A DNA stretch of 64,000 nucleotides from a virus (Duplodnaviria; Heunggongvirae; Uroviricota; Caudoviricetes): positions 115,547-179,546 of IMG/VR virus record IMGVR_UViG_3300028591_000001. The stretch is one strand, 5' to 3'. The notes beneath the pieces are model-generated. The model saw nothing but the letters and a program-made list of their open reading frames with translations. It did not search any database and was not told where the DNA came from. The stretch's first letter is position 1, and each line of letters starts with the position of its first letter. The position numbers were made by a program, and so were the translations under genes. Positions 13,012-22,470 of the stretch are shown piece after piece.

Positions 13012-13845
13012 AAAGGAAATAAAATATATATTAAACCTAAAAATCGCGGCAAATTTACAAAATACTGCCACGGTAAAGTAACAGATGAATGTATATAGAA
13101 AGGAAAAAATAGTTCTAATCCTGCTATTAGAAAGAGGGCTACGTTTGCAGCTAATGCTAGAAAGTGGAAACATGAATCAGGAGGATTATTAAAGTTTGAA
13201 GAAGGAGGTAAAAATGGAGCTCCTTCTACTAAGTTTTTATCTAAATAGTGGTTTAAAAAAGCTGGAAATACTATAAACAATATTGGAAATAATATAGGAG
13301 ATTTCCTAAAAACAGATACGGGAAAAGGTATAATGGATATTGGATAGAATATTCTTAGTGGATACACTAATTATAAAAAAGCTTCTAATTTATTAGATTC
13401 TCAAGTAGAACAAAGTAAAGCTTCCTTAGAATAGGCCTATTAGGATACAATATAGTAGGCTATATAGAATAGGGCTATTCAACAATAGTTGGTAAAGGAA
13501 TAGTGGAAACAAGCTTATTAGAATGGAGAAACTTTAGATAATTATAGTGATATTGTTGCTCAACATATAGGATGGAATTAGTATAGTTCCGCTTTATAGA
13601 ATGCCGAACAATAGAAAAGACAGCAAGAAGCATTAATGGATTAGCAAGCTAAATAGGCTAAAAGTAATGCTCTAGGAAATTTATTTGGAAGTGTTGTATA
13701 GTCAGGACTTGGAGTTTTAGGTAATGTATTAGGAAAAGGGGGAATATCAAGTACTCCTACTACAAGTACCTCTACTACTGCAACGAATAATACTTAGTTC
13801 AGTTCTCCTTTAAATGATTCAACAAAATTTTGGAGTATAAAATAA
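13012..13845 (+). CDS. TAG-rich reading frame (more than 15 TAG) with no in-frame ATG. Its N-terminus (KIYIKPKNRGKFTKY) duplicates the C-terminus of 11287-12261, so it may be the downstream half of a gene split by the HNH insertion.
   Basis: Frame 1 is open from 13012 to TAA at 13843-13845. Similarity IHIKEKNKGKYFKSI vs IYIKPKNRGKFTKYC. Confidence 0.35.
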
Positions 13846-13880
13846 ACCCCGGTAGGAAATTAATCCTATCGGGGTTTTAC
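13844..13880 (+). terminator. Rho-independent terminator
   Basis: AACCCCGGTAGGA aattaa TCCTATCGGGGTT followed by TTTAC. 13-bp stem with a G-U pair. Confidence 0.6.
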
Positions 13881-14044
13881 TTAAGAATATGAAAAAGAAT
13901 TATCTATCAATGTCAATTGATAGTCTATTAAGTTCATCTTTCCAATTGAGGTAGTAACCATTATCTAACATATTATGGTCTATAGATAATTGTTCTATTG
14001 CCTTAATCTCGTCTATATTTGCTTTATATAAATCTCTAAAAATT

Positions 14045-14389
14045 TCAGTTCTCATAATAAAGTGTCATTAAATACTCTTCTGTTATTTCCTTTACTCCAG
14101 TTTTAGTGGTGGGATTCCATATATGATTTTTAAAGAGTTCTCTCATTGTAGGACGAGATTCATTAACTTTAATATAGCATACTCTTCTAATATCATCTAT
14201 GTTAGAACGAACTATTACTTTTGTTACATCTTTCATACAATCTTCTAACTCATTGCTAGAAGATTTTTCTTTTTTAATAGGATTATCTATAATTTCTATA
14301 TCATCTATAGATAATTTCATTCTCTTTAATTTCTTCTCCAAATTTGGAGTAGTAATTATTGTTCCTTTATATTTAAATGTCACTTCCAT
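14045..14389 (-). CDS. Hypothetical protein of about 115 aa
   Basis: ORF 14045-14464 trimmed to the internal Met, because its first 25 codons are the translation of the suppressor tRNA gene. Confidence 0.45.
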   Translation of the reverse strand: MEVTFKYKGTIITTPNLEKKLKRMKLSIDDIEIIDNPIKKEKSSSNELEDCMKDVTKVIVRSNIDDIRRVCYIKVNESRPTMRELFKNHIWNPTTKTGVKEITEEYLMTLYYEN

Positions 14390-14391
14390 AG

Positions 14392-14463
14392 TTGTCCCAC
14401 TAGGATTCGAACCCAGGCTAAAGGATTTAGAGTCCCCTGTACTGACCGTTATACTATAGGACA
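14392..14463 (-). tRNA. Suppressor tRNA with anticodon CUA (reads UAG), probably Gln-derived
   Basis: Cloverleaf: acceptor UGUCCUA/UGGGACA (U1-A72), D GUAU-AACGGUCA-GUAC, anticodon stem GGGGA/UCCUU, loop CUCUAAA (U33, C34-U35-A36, A37), T-arm CUGGG-UUCGAAU-CCUAG, discriminator A. Resembles the phage tRNA-Gln(UUG) at 34623. Confidence 0.8.
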
Positions 14464-14473
14464 ATCTGCTGTT

Positions 14474-14839
14474 TTAAACCAGCAGTTTTTTGAATGCTTT
14501 AATCTTACGATTAGCAATTTCTTTGGTTTTAGCCTTTACTCTTTCAATTACTTTCTTATAGTCTTTAGAGTTATAAAGAGCTTGAATATCATTTAAACCC
14601 TCTCTTTCAGCAAGTTCTTCAAGAACTTCGCTAAACAAAGAATCATCTACTTGTTTTAACCAGTTCTCAAATTCTTTTTTATCTTCATTTTCTAAAAGTT
14701 GTACTTTAATAGTTAAAGTATTTCCTTCTTTCGTAGAATCTATTACAAAATGAGTATCATCGTCTTGATATTCTTGATGTAATTCGTCGAGTCCCATTAG
14801 CTCTGCTACGAGAGCTTTTAATAATTCTTCTTGTTTCAT
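14474..14839 (-). CDS. Hypothetical acidic protein, 121 aa
   Basis: ORF track. Standard code. Confidence 0.5.
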   Translation of the reverse strand: MKQEELLKALVAELMGLDELHQEYQDDDTHFVIDSTKEGNTLTIKVQLLENEDKKEFENWLKQVDDSLFSEVLEELAEREGLNDIQALYNSKDYKKVIERVKAKTKEIANRKIKAFKKLLV

Positions 14840-14892
14840 AACAATACTAATATATCTGCTATTTTATATAGACAAATTTAAAAAATGTTAAA

Positions 14893-15627
14893 TCAAGATT
14901 CTTCTTCTAAAAATTCTTCTAAGCTATTGATATTGAATTTCTTTTTAAGAACTTTTTCTATTAACTTAATATCATTAGTATTATTTTCTACTTTATTCTC
15001 AGTATTTCTTAACCTTTCTTCATGATTTCCTAAAATAAATACAATAGCCTGTTCTATTTTACTCAAATGGAATATTTTTTCTTTTATAGGCAATCCTGTT
15101 TCTGAATCTCTTTGTGATAAAGTATTAATGTTTAATATCTGTTTTGCTTGAAGAGCATTGTCTAATCTAGAAACAGTTGAAGGAGAAATATTTAGTCTTT
15201 TTGATAACTCTATATTATTATAGGTAATAATTCCATCTTGTGTATCTTCTTTTTTAAACATATACTGTTGGGTAGCTAATATGTAGGCTTTCTCTTTAAA
15301 AGAAAGTTTTTTGTTATCTAAAAAATCATATGAAAAAGGTTCAAATTTATCCCATTTCAAAAATCTATATAATTTACCTCTACCTTTAGGAGTTACTTCT
15401 ATATATTTAGCATTTATTAAATTTTGAATACTAGTTCTTACAGTATTTATGGATGCTCCGCTTTCCCTAGAAATAGTATCAAGAGAAGGATAACAGGTTT
15501 TTGTTTCTTTATCCATATGTCTTTTTATTGTAGCATAAATAAGAATATCCCCAGGTTTTAAGTAAATGTTTTGTTCCGTCATATCATTTGGAACCTGCAC
15601 GTGTTGTTTATTTAATTCATTTTCCAT
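14893..15627 (-). CDS. HTH DNA-binding protein (two winged-helix-like segments). Candidate replication initiator or early regulator.
   Basis: 244-aa ORF with YPSLDTISRESGASINTVRTSIQNL and LSKRLNISPSTVSRLDNAL. Lies next to the iteron array. Confidence 0.5.
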   Translation of the reverse strand: MENELNKQHVQVPNDMTEQNIYLKPGDILIYATIKRHMDKETKTCYPSLDTISRESGASINTVRTSIQNLINAKYIEVTPKGRGKLYRFLKWDKFEPFSYDFLDNKKLSFKEKAYILATQQYMFKKEDTQDGIITYNNIELSKRLNISPSTVSRLDNALQAKQILNINTLSQRDSETGLPIKEKIFHLSKIEQAIVFILGNHEERLRNTENKVENNTNDIKLIEKVLKKKFNINSLEEFLEEES

Positions 15628-15657
15628 ATAACTAATATATTATTATTAAAATTTTTT

Positions 15658-15768
15658 CAAATTGATATTATCATTTTAACATTTTTTAAAATTGCAAAAT
15701 TGATAGGATTAATTTCAAAATTGATAATTTCAATGTCAAAATTGATAGAATTAATTTCAAAATTGATA
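15658..15768. repeat. Iteron array: 5 copies of CAAAATTGATA. Four are spaced exactly 21 bp apart (15695, 15716, 15737, 15758).
   Basis: Read directly from the sequence. Copies 2 and 4 extend to near-identical 33-bp units. Confidence 0.65.
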
Positions 15769-15771
15769 GCT

Positions 15772-15812
15772 AACTATACTTAAAACTATACTTAAGATAA
15801 ACTATACTTAAG
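15772..15812. repeat. Three tandem copies of AACTATACTTAA, followed by a GGCCGTGCGGCC near-palindrome
   Basis: Read directly from the sequence. Confidence 0.55.
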
Positions 15813-16042
15813 GCCGTGCGGCCATTATTTTTAGGTTAGAGATATACTCTACTTAAAAAATTTTTTCTAAAATTTTATTTTTTTTTAAATTTTTTTGGAT
15901 TTTTTTAGCATAAAATTTTTTTCTAAAATTTTTTTGGAATTTTTTGTGGGAGAGAGGGTGCTACCAACCGCCAGTCCCCCCACCCTATTTGAGTGAAAAC
16001 TCAAAAAGATACATATTATAAACTTTTAAAAACATTTCAATT

Positions 16043-16579
16043 ATGAGTAAGTATTTTGATAAGAAGGCTTATGCCGCTATGGTCAAGAGTGAGTCTGCAC
16101 GTCGTTCAAGTGAGAGTTTCTTTTCTTCAAAAGAAGGAGATAATTACTTTGGCAATGTTACTGGTTCTCTTAAGGTTGTAGGGGTTGAGCCCGTTGCTGC
16201 CAATGGTAACATCAAGGCATTCAATGTGGTTAAGTTCGACGATGGGCATCAGATGTCTACATCTCGTTTCTTCTCTGCAAAGGGTCTCCGCTGGCCCGTT
16301 GGTGGTAATGTAGCCAAGTTGAACTATCTTTGCTCTGCTCTCGAATCGGGTACAGAGATTGAGGTTCAACCTAAGCAGGTAACATCTACCCCTATGATGC
16401 GTCGTGACGGTACATATGTGGGAGATGGTGGCTCGGTTTTACAGCCTGTCGAGAAAAAGGAAGGTAACAAGGTAGTTGGTACTGAAGCACCTGCAGGAGC
16501 CCTGATGGCTGTTACCTATTATTTTGAGGAGCAGGATTTGCCTGCTGTTCAGATGATTAACTTTATGGAAGAGGAGTAA
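16043..16579 (+). CDS. Hypothetical early protein, 178 aa. Markedly higher GC (~45%) than its surroundings. Acidic C-terminal tail FMEEE.
   Basis: ORF track. It is the first gene after the divergent intergenic region. Confidence 0.55.
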   Translation: MSKYFDKKAYAAMVKSESARRSSESFFSSKEGDNYFGNVTGSLKVVGVEPVAANGNIKAFNVVKFDDGHQMSTSRFFSAKGLRWPVGGNVAKLNYLCSALESGTEIEVQPKQVTSTPMMRRDGTYVGDGGSVLQPVEKKEGNKVVGTEAPAGALMAVTYYFEEQDLPAVQMINFMEEE

Positions 16580-16598
16580 TACTCCTCTTCTTAAATGT

Positions 16599-16781
16599 AT
16601 GTATACATTTATAGGAAGAAGAGAAAAGAACCCTAAACGTTTTAAAACGATTGAAGGGTTCTATCTCACTTTCGAAAAAGAACTTCCACTGTTTGAAGAT
16701 TTTATGTATGTGATTCTTTGTACTCGTAATGAGGAAACAAAGTTATTTACATTTGTGAGGTCTGCTTATTGGTGGGAGTAA
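16599..16781 (+). CDS. Hypothetical protein, 60 aa
   Basis: ORF track. Confidence 0.35.
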   Translation: MYTFIGRREKNPKRFKTIEGFYLTFEKELPLFEDFMYVILCTRNEETKLFTFVRSAYWWE

Positions 16782-16987
16782 AAACAAAACACCAAACAAC
16801 AAACAACAAACAACATTATTTAAACAATAATTAACGTATCTTTTTTGATTTTCACTTAGGTTGAAATTCCTTGGATGTATGTCCTAAAATCCCTAACATA
16901 TCTAGAACCTTCACGTGGGTTAGGGGTGAAAGCACTGTAGTGGTGTGAGTACATATCTAGATAAATAATAAACAAATATTAAACAAT

Positions 16988-17275
16988 ATGAAAAAAATTC
17001 AAGTTACAACAATTGAGAAGATGGCTAATGTTCAGATAATTGAACTAAATGCATCATTCATTGCTAGAGTTGTAAGACTTCAAGCACAATTGGAGCCATT
17101 AGTTAAGAACATCACTCGTACTAAACGTAAGTTCAATGACAAAACTAAAGAGTATGATGATGTCCTGGATGAGAATGGCAACAAAGTCATTGAGTATGAT
17201 CGAGTTGATGGTAAGGTTTTGGCTGAGAATGTAATGCCGTTCATCAATGAATTGTGTGGGGCTTTTGAAGAATAA
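16988..17275 (+). CDS. Hypothetical protein, 95 aa
   Basis: ORF preceded by AACAATATG. A hairpin terminator candidate follows at 17300-17340. Confidence 0.5.
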   Translation: MKKIQVTTIEKMANVQIIELNASFIARVVRLQAQLEPLVKNITRTKRKFNDKTKEYDDVLDENGNKVIEYDRVDGKVLAENVMPFINELCGAFEE

Positions 17276-17697
17276 AAGGTTAGTGAAGCCATAAAGAGAT
17301 CCAAAGTTCGTGAGAATATAGGGTCTCTTTCTCAATTTCAGGGGTTGAGTGTATAAAATTGAAAGTTGTGATAGTTGCGATTGAAAAATTATTGTGATCG
17401 AACATAACTGTTTGGGCACTGTCATCGACGCCAACCCAACTCCACAAATTCAACTCAACTCAATTTCAAAAATGGCTGCTTCATTAAAACTTAGTTTTAA
17501 TCAATTTTTTATACACAAAAAATATTGAATTTTCAAGCATTAAAAAATTTAAAAAAAATATTGGAGTTGGAATACCAATATATTTATAAAAACCCTATAA
17601 AATTCCCGTCATTCTGGAAGACGTAAAAAAGGTTTGCTGATGAGGCCAGAACGAAACGAAAAATATATTCGTACAAACAAACAAAACAATTAGCAAT

Positions 17698-18087
17698 ATG
17701 AAAAAAGAAAAATTAACACGTTTTGACATTGATATGCTTCAAGCATTGATGTCATCAGAAGTAAAACTTCTAAGAGTATTCCCTTATGAATCTCAAGCAA
17801 TTAATTTGATTGCGGATACAGAAGGTTACTCAAAGTGTGAAATCCAAGAAGATAGTCTTCTTTATAAAAGACTTCTTGACATCCGTAAGTATGCAGCTAA
17901 ATTTAACATGGATGACAATAAAATTGTTATTCAAGTTGAAGTTAATGCTGGATATACTCGCGATTATTTATTCCTTGGATTTTGGGATCATCATTATTCT
18001 ATAGGAACTGCTGTTATTCCATGTGCATATGCTCCAAAAGAGTTTCCATGTAATAATGGATGGGTAGGTATGAATGTAAAATTCTAA
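17698..18087 (+). CDS. Hypothetical protein, 129 aa
   Basis: ORF with an AGCAATATG start context. Confidence 0.5.
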   Translation: MKKEKLTRFDIDMLQALMSSEVKLLRVFPYESQAINLIADTEGYSKCEIQEDSLLYKRLLDIRKYAAKFNMDDNKIVIQVEVNAGYTRDYLFLGFWDHHYSIGTAVIPCAYAPKEFPCNNGWVGMNVKF

Positions 18088-18091
18088 GAAT

Positions 18092-18481
18092 ATGAAGTAC
18101 GCAATACAACATAAGATCTCTGGTCAAGTAATAGATTATTGTGAGACCAGAGATCAAGCTCAGTGGTTTCTCAACCAATCAAGTAAGTTCGAATTAGTAG
18201 AAATTGCTAATGCCTCTAAGGTTGAAGTAATCTACACTGAATTAGGAGGACCTAATGGTTATGGACATCAAGAACCTTCATTTACAACTTATGGAGGTCT
18301 TTTACCTTGCGTTAGAAGACTTATTTCATGGATGCAAGAAGAAGCTCGTGTTTGGGGTCCAGATCCTAGAGATATTAGAGACTATTTCAAAAATTGTCGT
18401 CTTTATATAAATGGAGAAGATAAGTTTGACTGGTGGTATAATCAATATCAAAAGTTAGATTTGAAAAGTCTTTATGTATAA
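18092..18481 (+). CDS. Hypothetical protein, 129 aa
   Basis: ORF track. Confidence 0.5.
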   Translation: MKYAIQHKISGQVIDYCETRDQAQWFLNQSSKFELVEIANASKVEVIYTELGGPNGYGHQEPSFTTYGGLLPCVRRLISWMQEEARVWGPDPRDIRDYFKNCRLYINGEDKFDWWYNQYQKLDLKSLYV

Positions 18482-18540
18482 ATAGCAAAGCTCTCATCGC
18501 TATACAAAAAGTGTGGGAGCACAAACAAACAAATAACAAT

Positions 18541-18753
18541 ATGAAACAGAAAGTATTTGAAACAAAGGAAGGAGTAGCATTGTTCTTCGATGAGGAGAAA
18601 TATGACTACTCAAGTGATAACATGCAAGCTGTTGAAGCAGCTCTTAAAGAGGATATGGCCAATTATTTGGTAGATCCTCAAGGAGCAGCAATGGCTCACA
18701 ATCTTATGGCTATTATGGTTTCCATGGATAGATACCATGAGATGGTGAGCTAA
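18541..18753 (+). CDS. Hypothetical protein, 70 aa
   Basis: Start moved to the ATG in the AACAATATG context. Confidence 0.45.
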   Translation: MKQKVFETKEGVALFFDEEKYDYSSDNMQAVEAALKEDMANYLVDPQGAAMAHNLMAIMVSMDRYHEMVS

Positions 18754-18781
18754 TAGCTTGCTAAATAAAAAGTTCAATTAT

Positions 18782-19066
18782 ATGAAACAGATTTATTTGT
18801 TAAATGCATTTTCATTACAGATGGTAGACGTACCCTGCGATGTCCATTTTGAGGAAGTTGACGAACTTCCAGATGGATTGACCTCTGCAATTGGCCATCA
18901 AGATACAGCAAATGTTCTTGGTGTTCCAGTGAACAGAATTAATGTTCATCTTTCGAAAGGAGATACTGCTTATGTAGCTCAGTTACAAGGTGGACGTCTT
19001 CCTGAGGGTTCTACAACATTACCTGAGGGTTTTTCCTTTAAGTATATTAAGGTTGTAATAAACTAA
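18782..19066 (+). CDS. Hypothetical protein, 94 aa
   Basis: Start at the ATG in the AATTATATG context. Confidence 0.45.
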   Translation: MKQIYLLNAFSLQMVDVPCDVHFEEVDELPDGLTSAIGHQDTANVLGVPVNRINVHLSKGDTAYVAQLQGGRLPEGSTTLPEGFSFKYIKVVIN

Positions 19067-19069
19067 GAG

Positions 19070-20380
19070 AAAACTTTCAAAAAAACTCAATATAAAATAT
19101 CCTAATTTGTGCTGACTGAAATATGCCCTTCGCTTATAGGATTTCCAAGATGTTGAGGACGCCAGTTTCTTAGTGTGGCAGGGAGTATCTAACCCTGTGG
19201 ATTGCATTGGATGTAAAAGCTATGATACTAAGTTTTAGGTGTAAAACACAATTAAAAAATGACTGGATAGTTTAACCGGTTTAGCCGTGACTCATTGAAT
19301 GCCAGCATTATTGCTTAATAAGTGTGAGAGCAATTCACAATCTGCAGGTTGTGACGTCGAGGTATATCCGACGATAAATAAGATAATATACTTAATCAAA
19401 GATTACCACACATCGAAGAGGATAATAAAATAGCCCGAACTATACGGATTAACTAACGTGGAAAGAAGAGCTTATCTTCTTTAAATATATAGTAAAATAG
19501 GTGACTTATCAGTTCAATAAGAAACTGTTCGCTTACCCAAAGTGTTAAAGTCAGATTATGTACAGAAAATGGGCGGAGTAAATTCCCGTATAATCAATGT
19601 TCACAATATATGCCAGTATATTGTGTTCCGTATCGTTGTATGCTGGCACATACAATTGACGTAAGTAGACTTAACTACATAACAGTCGCAATGTTAAGCT
19701 CGATACCTAATGCGTGAAGGTATAATATTTAATGACCTATTTACATCCTTGGCAAAAGGCTCTGTCGCAAAAATATTAGGCATATAACCCTCAAATATGC
19801 GTGAGAGGATTAATTTTAAATTTAACAATATGATTATTTTCAATTTTAAGTTTAATTGAGGCGTAGCCGAACTTCATTCGTTACCAACTGAATGGTAAAG
19901 TTCATATGGCTAGAAAGAGGCAGTTGGAAGTTGCACACATGGCGGACACGAAAAGTAGGATGAAAGACTAGTAAGTGTTGATGTCTGATTCCAAAATTAC
20001 TCGAAGATGATAGAGTATAAGTAGTATCATCCATTCCTACGTGACATCTTGGAATTCGTAGTGAGGGAAACAAAGAGTATAAAAGAAATCTTTAACAAGA
20101 CAAAGTTGGCAGCTTGGAATAGACAGCAAATTTTAATTTAACAATCTGAAACTAACAATTTGAAACCGTCGAAATTTCACTGATGATTACCGAGGATTAA
20201 TGCTCGGATTCTACATGGTTGTTTTAGGATAACAACGTAGTAGGGCTTAAGCGACGTAAAAAAAGAGCCGAAATTGTTAAGTTTGTTTGGTCTCCATTCA
20301 TAATTGGATGGATGGAGACATTTTTTAAACTAAACAATATGAAATAATTAAAACTTTTAACAATGAAAAAAATTAATATA
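19070..20380 (+). ncRNA. Candidate large structured non-coding RNA of about 1.3 kb (GC-richer, no ORFs, many local hairpins). Ends at a terminator.
   Basis: No ORF of 60 aa or more in the standard or TAG-recoded code, other than short spurious ones. GC visibly above the genome average. Many helices, e.g. GATGATA...TATCATC and CTACG...CGTAG. Terminator at 20289-20328. Confidence 0.35.
20289..20328 (+). terminator. Rho-independent terminator
   Basis: GGTCTCCAT tcataattggatgg ATGGAGAC followed by ATTTTTT. Confidence 0.55.
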
Positions 20381-20565
20381 TGGCAAGTACTACTTGTCAT
20401 TTGTATATTATTTTGGGTTTGGGTAATAAGTTTTTTCGCATGAATGACTGGTTAAAAACAAAAAAGGGTTTGCAATACCTTCTACTAAAGTTCCCAAATG
20501 ATTTGGTAGTAAATGCAATTAAAGAGTTCCGGACAAATACAAGTTGTCCAAGTTATAAATTTTAA
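20380..20565 (+). CDS. Hypothetical protein, 61 aa
   Basis: ORF track. Confidence 0.35.
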   Translation: MASTTCHLYIILGLGNKFFRMNDWLKTKKGLQYLLLKFPNDLVVNAIKEFRTNTSCPSYKF

Positions 20566-20580
20566 AACAAACAAAACAGT

Positions 20581-21036
20581 ATGAAATCTTTTAAAAGAAT
20601 TAACACAGAAGAAGTATCAGCAAGATACAATTCCGTAAGAGAGAAGAATAAAGGTAGAAAATTCTCTAATGAGGAGGTAATTAATCTTCTTAAAGAAGCT
20701 GGTTTAAGTGGTAGTATGGCAGCAAAAATTGCTGCTAATAATACTCTGCTTCAGCAATTCAAAAGAGAGGGTTGTGGACGTGGAAAACATATTGGATATA
20801 TATTCCCATATAATCCTATCCATAAGGCTTGGTTCGAGAATTGGATATATCCTCCGCACTCAGAGAAATCTAAAATTTCTTCTGTAGAGAAAGATAAGGA
20901 TTTTGAGTCTGAATGTGCTGCTTATCTTAAGCAACAAGGATATAAACTCAAGAAGTGTATAGGATTTGATGAGGATTCCTTTAAAAAAGATTATCCTCAG
21001 CTTTGGAGTAAATATTTAATCTACGAAGAAATATGA
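20581..21036 (+). CDS. Hypothetical protein, 151 aa
   Basis: ORF with an AAACAGTATG start context. Confidence 0.5.
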   Translation: MKSFKRINTEEVSARYNSVREKNKGRKFSNEEVINLLKEAGLSGSMAAKIAANNTLLQQFKREGCGRGKHIGYIFPYNPIHKAWFENWIYPPHSEKSKISSVEKDKDFESECAAYLKQQGYKLKKCIGFDEDSFKKDYPQLWSKYLIYEEI

Positions 21037-21343
21037 GTCCAAAGGAAGCAATCCAAATAGCCAGGAAGTATAATCTTGAAGCTGAAGTTCGTCAAGAACT
21101 AGCTTCAGGATTAACTCCTGAAGAAGCATTAGAAGAATGGGATATTCTTTAAGACGAAATATCTACTCGGTAACCAATCCGAGCTCTAGGGCGTCTCTTT
21201 TAAATCCTTAGAGAGACTAATAAGAAAATAAGGGTTTAAAAATCTCTAACTAGAATTAGCTACTCTAGTCAATAGAGGGTTCAGGTTTTCGGCACGTTGC
21301 TTTTACTGAACATTTTTATTAATAGCTACAAACAATTAACAAT

Positions 21344-21655
21344 ATGAAAGAATATACAATTAATATAAAAAGTAATAACTCTGCCGTAATAGCAAAAGAT
21401 TATTGGAATCCTGATAAATCTCTTAAAGCTATGGAAGAGAGGCCTTATTTATTCGAAGTAGGTATGAAAGTTGTAGATCCTTGGGGAAATGTTGTTACAA
21501 TTTCTCAGATAAACAAATGCCCATCTGTAAATAATAGAGCTCCTCAATGGACTCTCAATGTAGAAGAAAATAGAAATACTTATGTCTATTATGAAATAGC
21601 GGGTATTTTTGTTAAAGAACTTTCAGTTGATGAAGTAGAAAAATTATTAAAATAA
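21344..21655 (+). CDS. Hypothetical protein, 103 aa
   Basis: ORF with an AACAATATG start context. Confidence 0.5.
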   Translation: MKEYTINIKSNNSAVIAKDYWNPDKSLKAMEERPYLFEVGMKVVDPWGNVVTISQINKCPSVNNRAPQWTLNVEENRNTYVYYEIAGIFVKELSVDEVEKLLK

Positions 21656-21872
21656 AAGTTAGCACCGCAAGCCCGTAAAAAGTACACGGCGTCCCGATGT
21701 GCATCCTATGACCTCCTAAAATACTAGTTTGGAGACCGGATGAAATCCAGATATAAGTATGCGTGCACAAATGAAACTGGAGAACTAACTTTTTTGGAAA
21801 TAACTATTATGTATCATTAAGTTGGCAAGTAGTTGAGGTGAATTTCCTTTCAATCTTTTTAACCTCGTTTTA

Positions 21873-21944
21873 TGAAGGATAGCTCAATTAGCAGAGCCCC
21901 GATTCCAACTCGGAAGATGGTGGTGACTATTCCACCTCCTTCAT
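21873..21944 (+). tRNA. tRNA-Trp(CCA)-like with an atypical D-loop (no GG) and an 8-nt T-loop
   Basis: Acceptor TGAAGGA/TCCTTCA, D GCTC/GAGC, anticodon stem CCCGA/TCGGA with loop TTCCAAC, T GGTGG-TGACTATT-CCACC. Confidence 0.4.
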
Positions 21945-21949
21945 TTTAG

Positions 21950-22470
21950 TCAGGTAGCTCAGATAATATAAGAGCGTTCCCAGGATGGTGAAAGGTCGTT
22001 GGTGTAAATCCAACTCTGGCTACTTTAGGGAATAGTTTAAATGTTAGAACACTGATAGCCTAAGGAAGTACTTAGCAAGTAGGATTAGCTGATCCAACTT
22101 TTTTAGGAGAATACTATCAATAGAATGCAGGTACAAACTGCTTCCCTATTAATACCTTCCATCCTAGGTGAAGTGATGGTGACACATAGAGTGACGACCT
22201 ATGTAATATCCTAATGTCAACTTTTAGTTAGTACTGGCTAAAGGAATAGTCGATTTAGTGCTCTGGGTTTTCGACTATAAGTGAGTAACTAAGAGAAAAA
22301 CCAATTTCTTCTAGATGGAATTGGAGGGGTAAATGTTACGAGCAAAGGACGCTTTATTACCCCAATTTGGATAAGTAGCTCTAATTGGTTCCGACGATAT
22401 ATCGTTCCTTACTTCCGTCGGTTAGAGCCCTGGATTTTACTAGGAGGTTAGAGGTTCGATTCCACTCCTA
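21950..22470 (+). other. Cluster of tRNA-like or structured RNA elements (T-arm and D-arm-like hairpins, nested inverted repeats) that I cannot fold into canonical cloverleaves
   Basis: Contains GCTC-loop-GAGC D-like arms, GTTGG-TGTAAAT-CCAAC, GGGGTAA...TTACCCC, GCTCTAA...TTAGAGC nested hairpins and AGAGG-TTCGATT-CCACT. Confidence 0.3.

Noticed and set aside
14390-14464. N-terminal 25 codons of ORF 14045-14464
   Set aside because: They are the in-frame translation of the suppressor tRNA gene (GSNPSGTT corresponds to the T-arm). The CDS was trimmed to the internal Met.
15658-15768. Regularly spaced direct repeats that could be mistaken for a CRISPR array
   Set aside because: Repeats are 11 bp with 10-bp spacers on an exact 21-bp pitch, and no cas genes are present. 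This is an iteron geometry, not a CRISPR one.
22330-22470. Canonical tRNA at the AGAGGTTCGATTCCACT T-arm
   Set aside because: No 5-prime acceptor strand complementary to the 3-prime end lies within 200 nt. The region folds instead into nested inverted repeats, so it is left as an unresolved tRNA-like or structured RNA.
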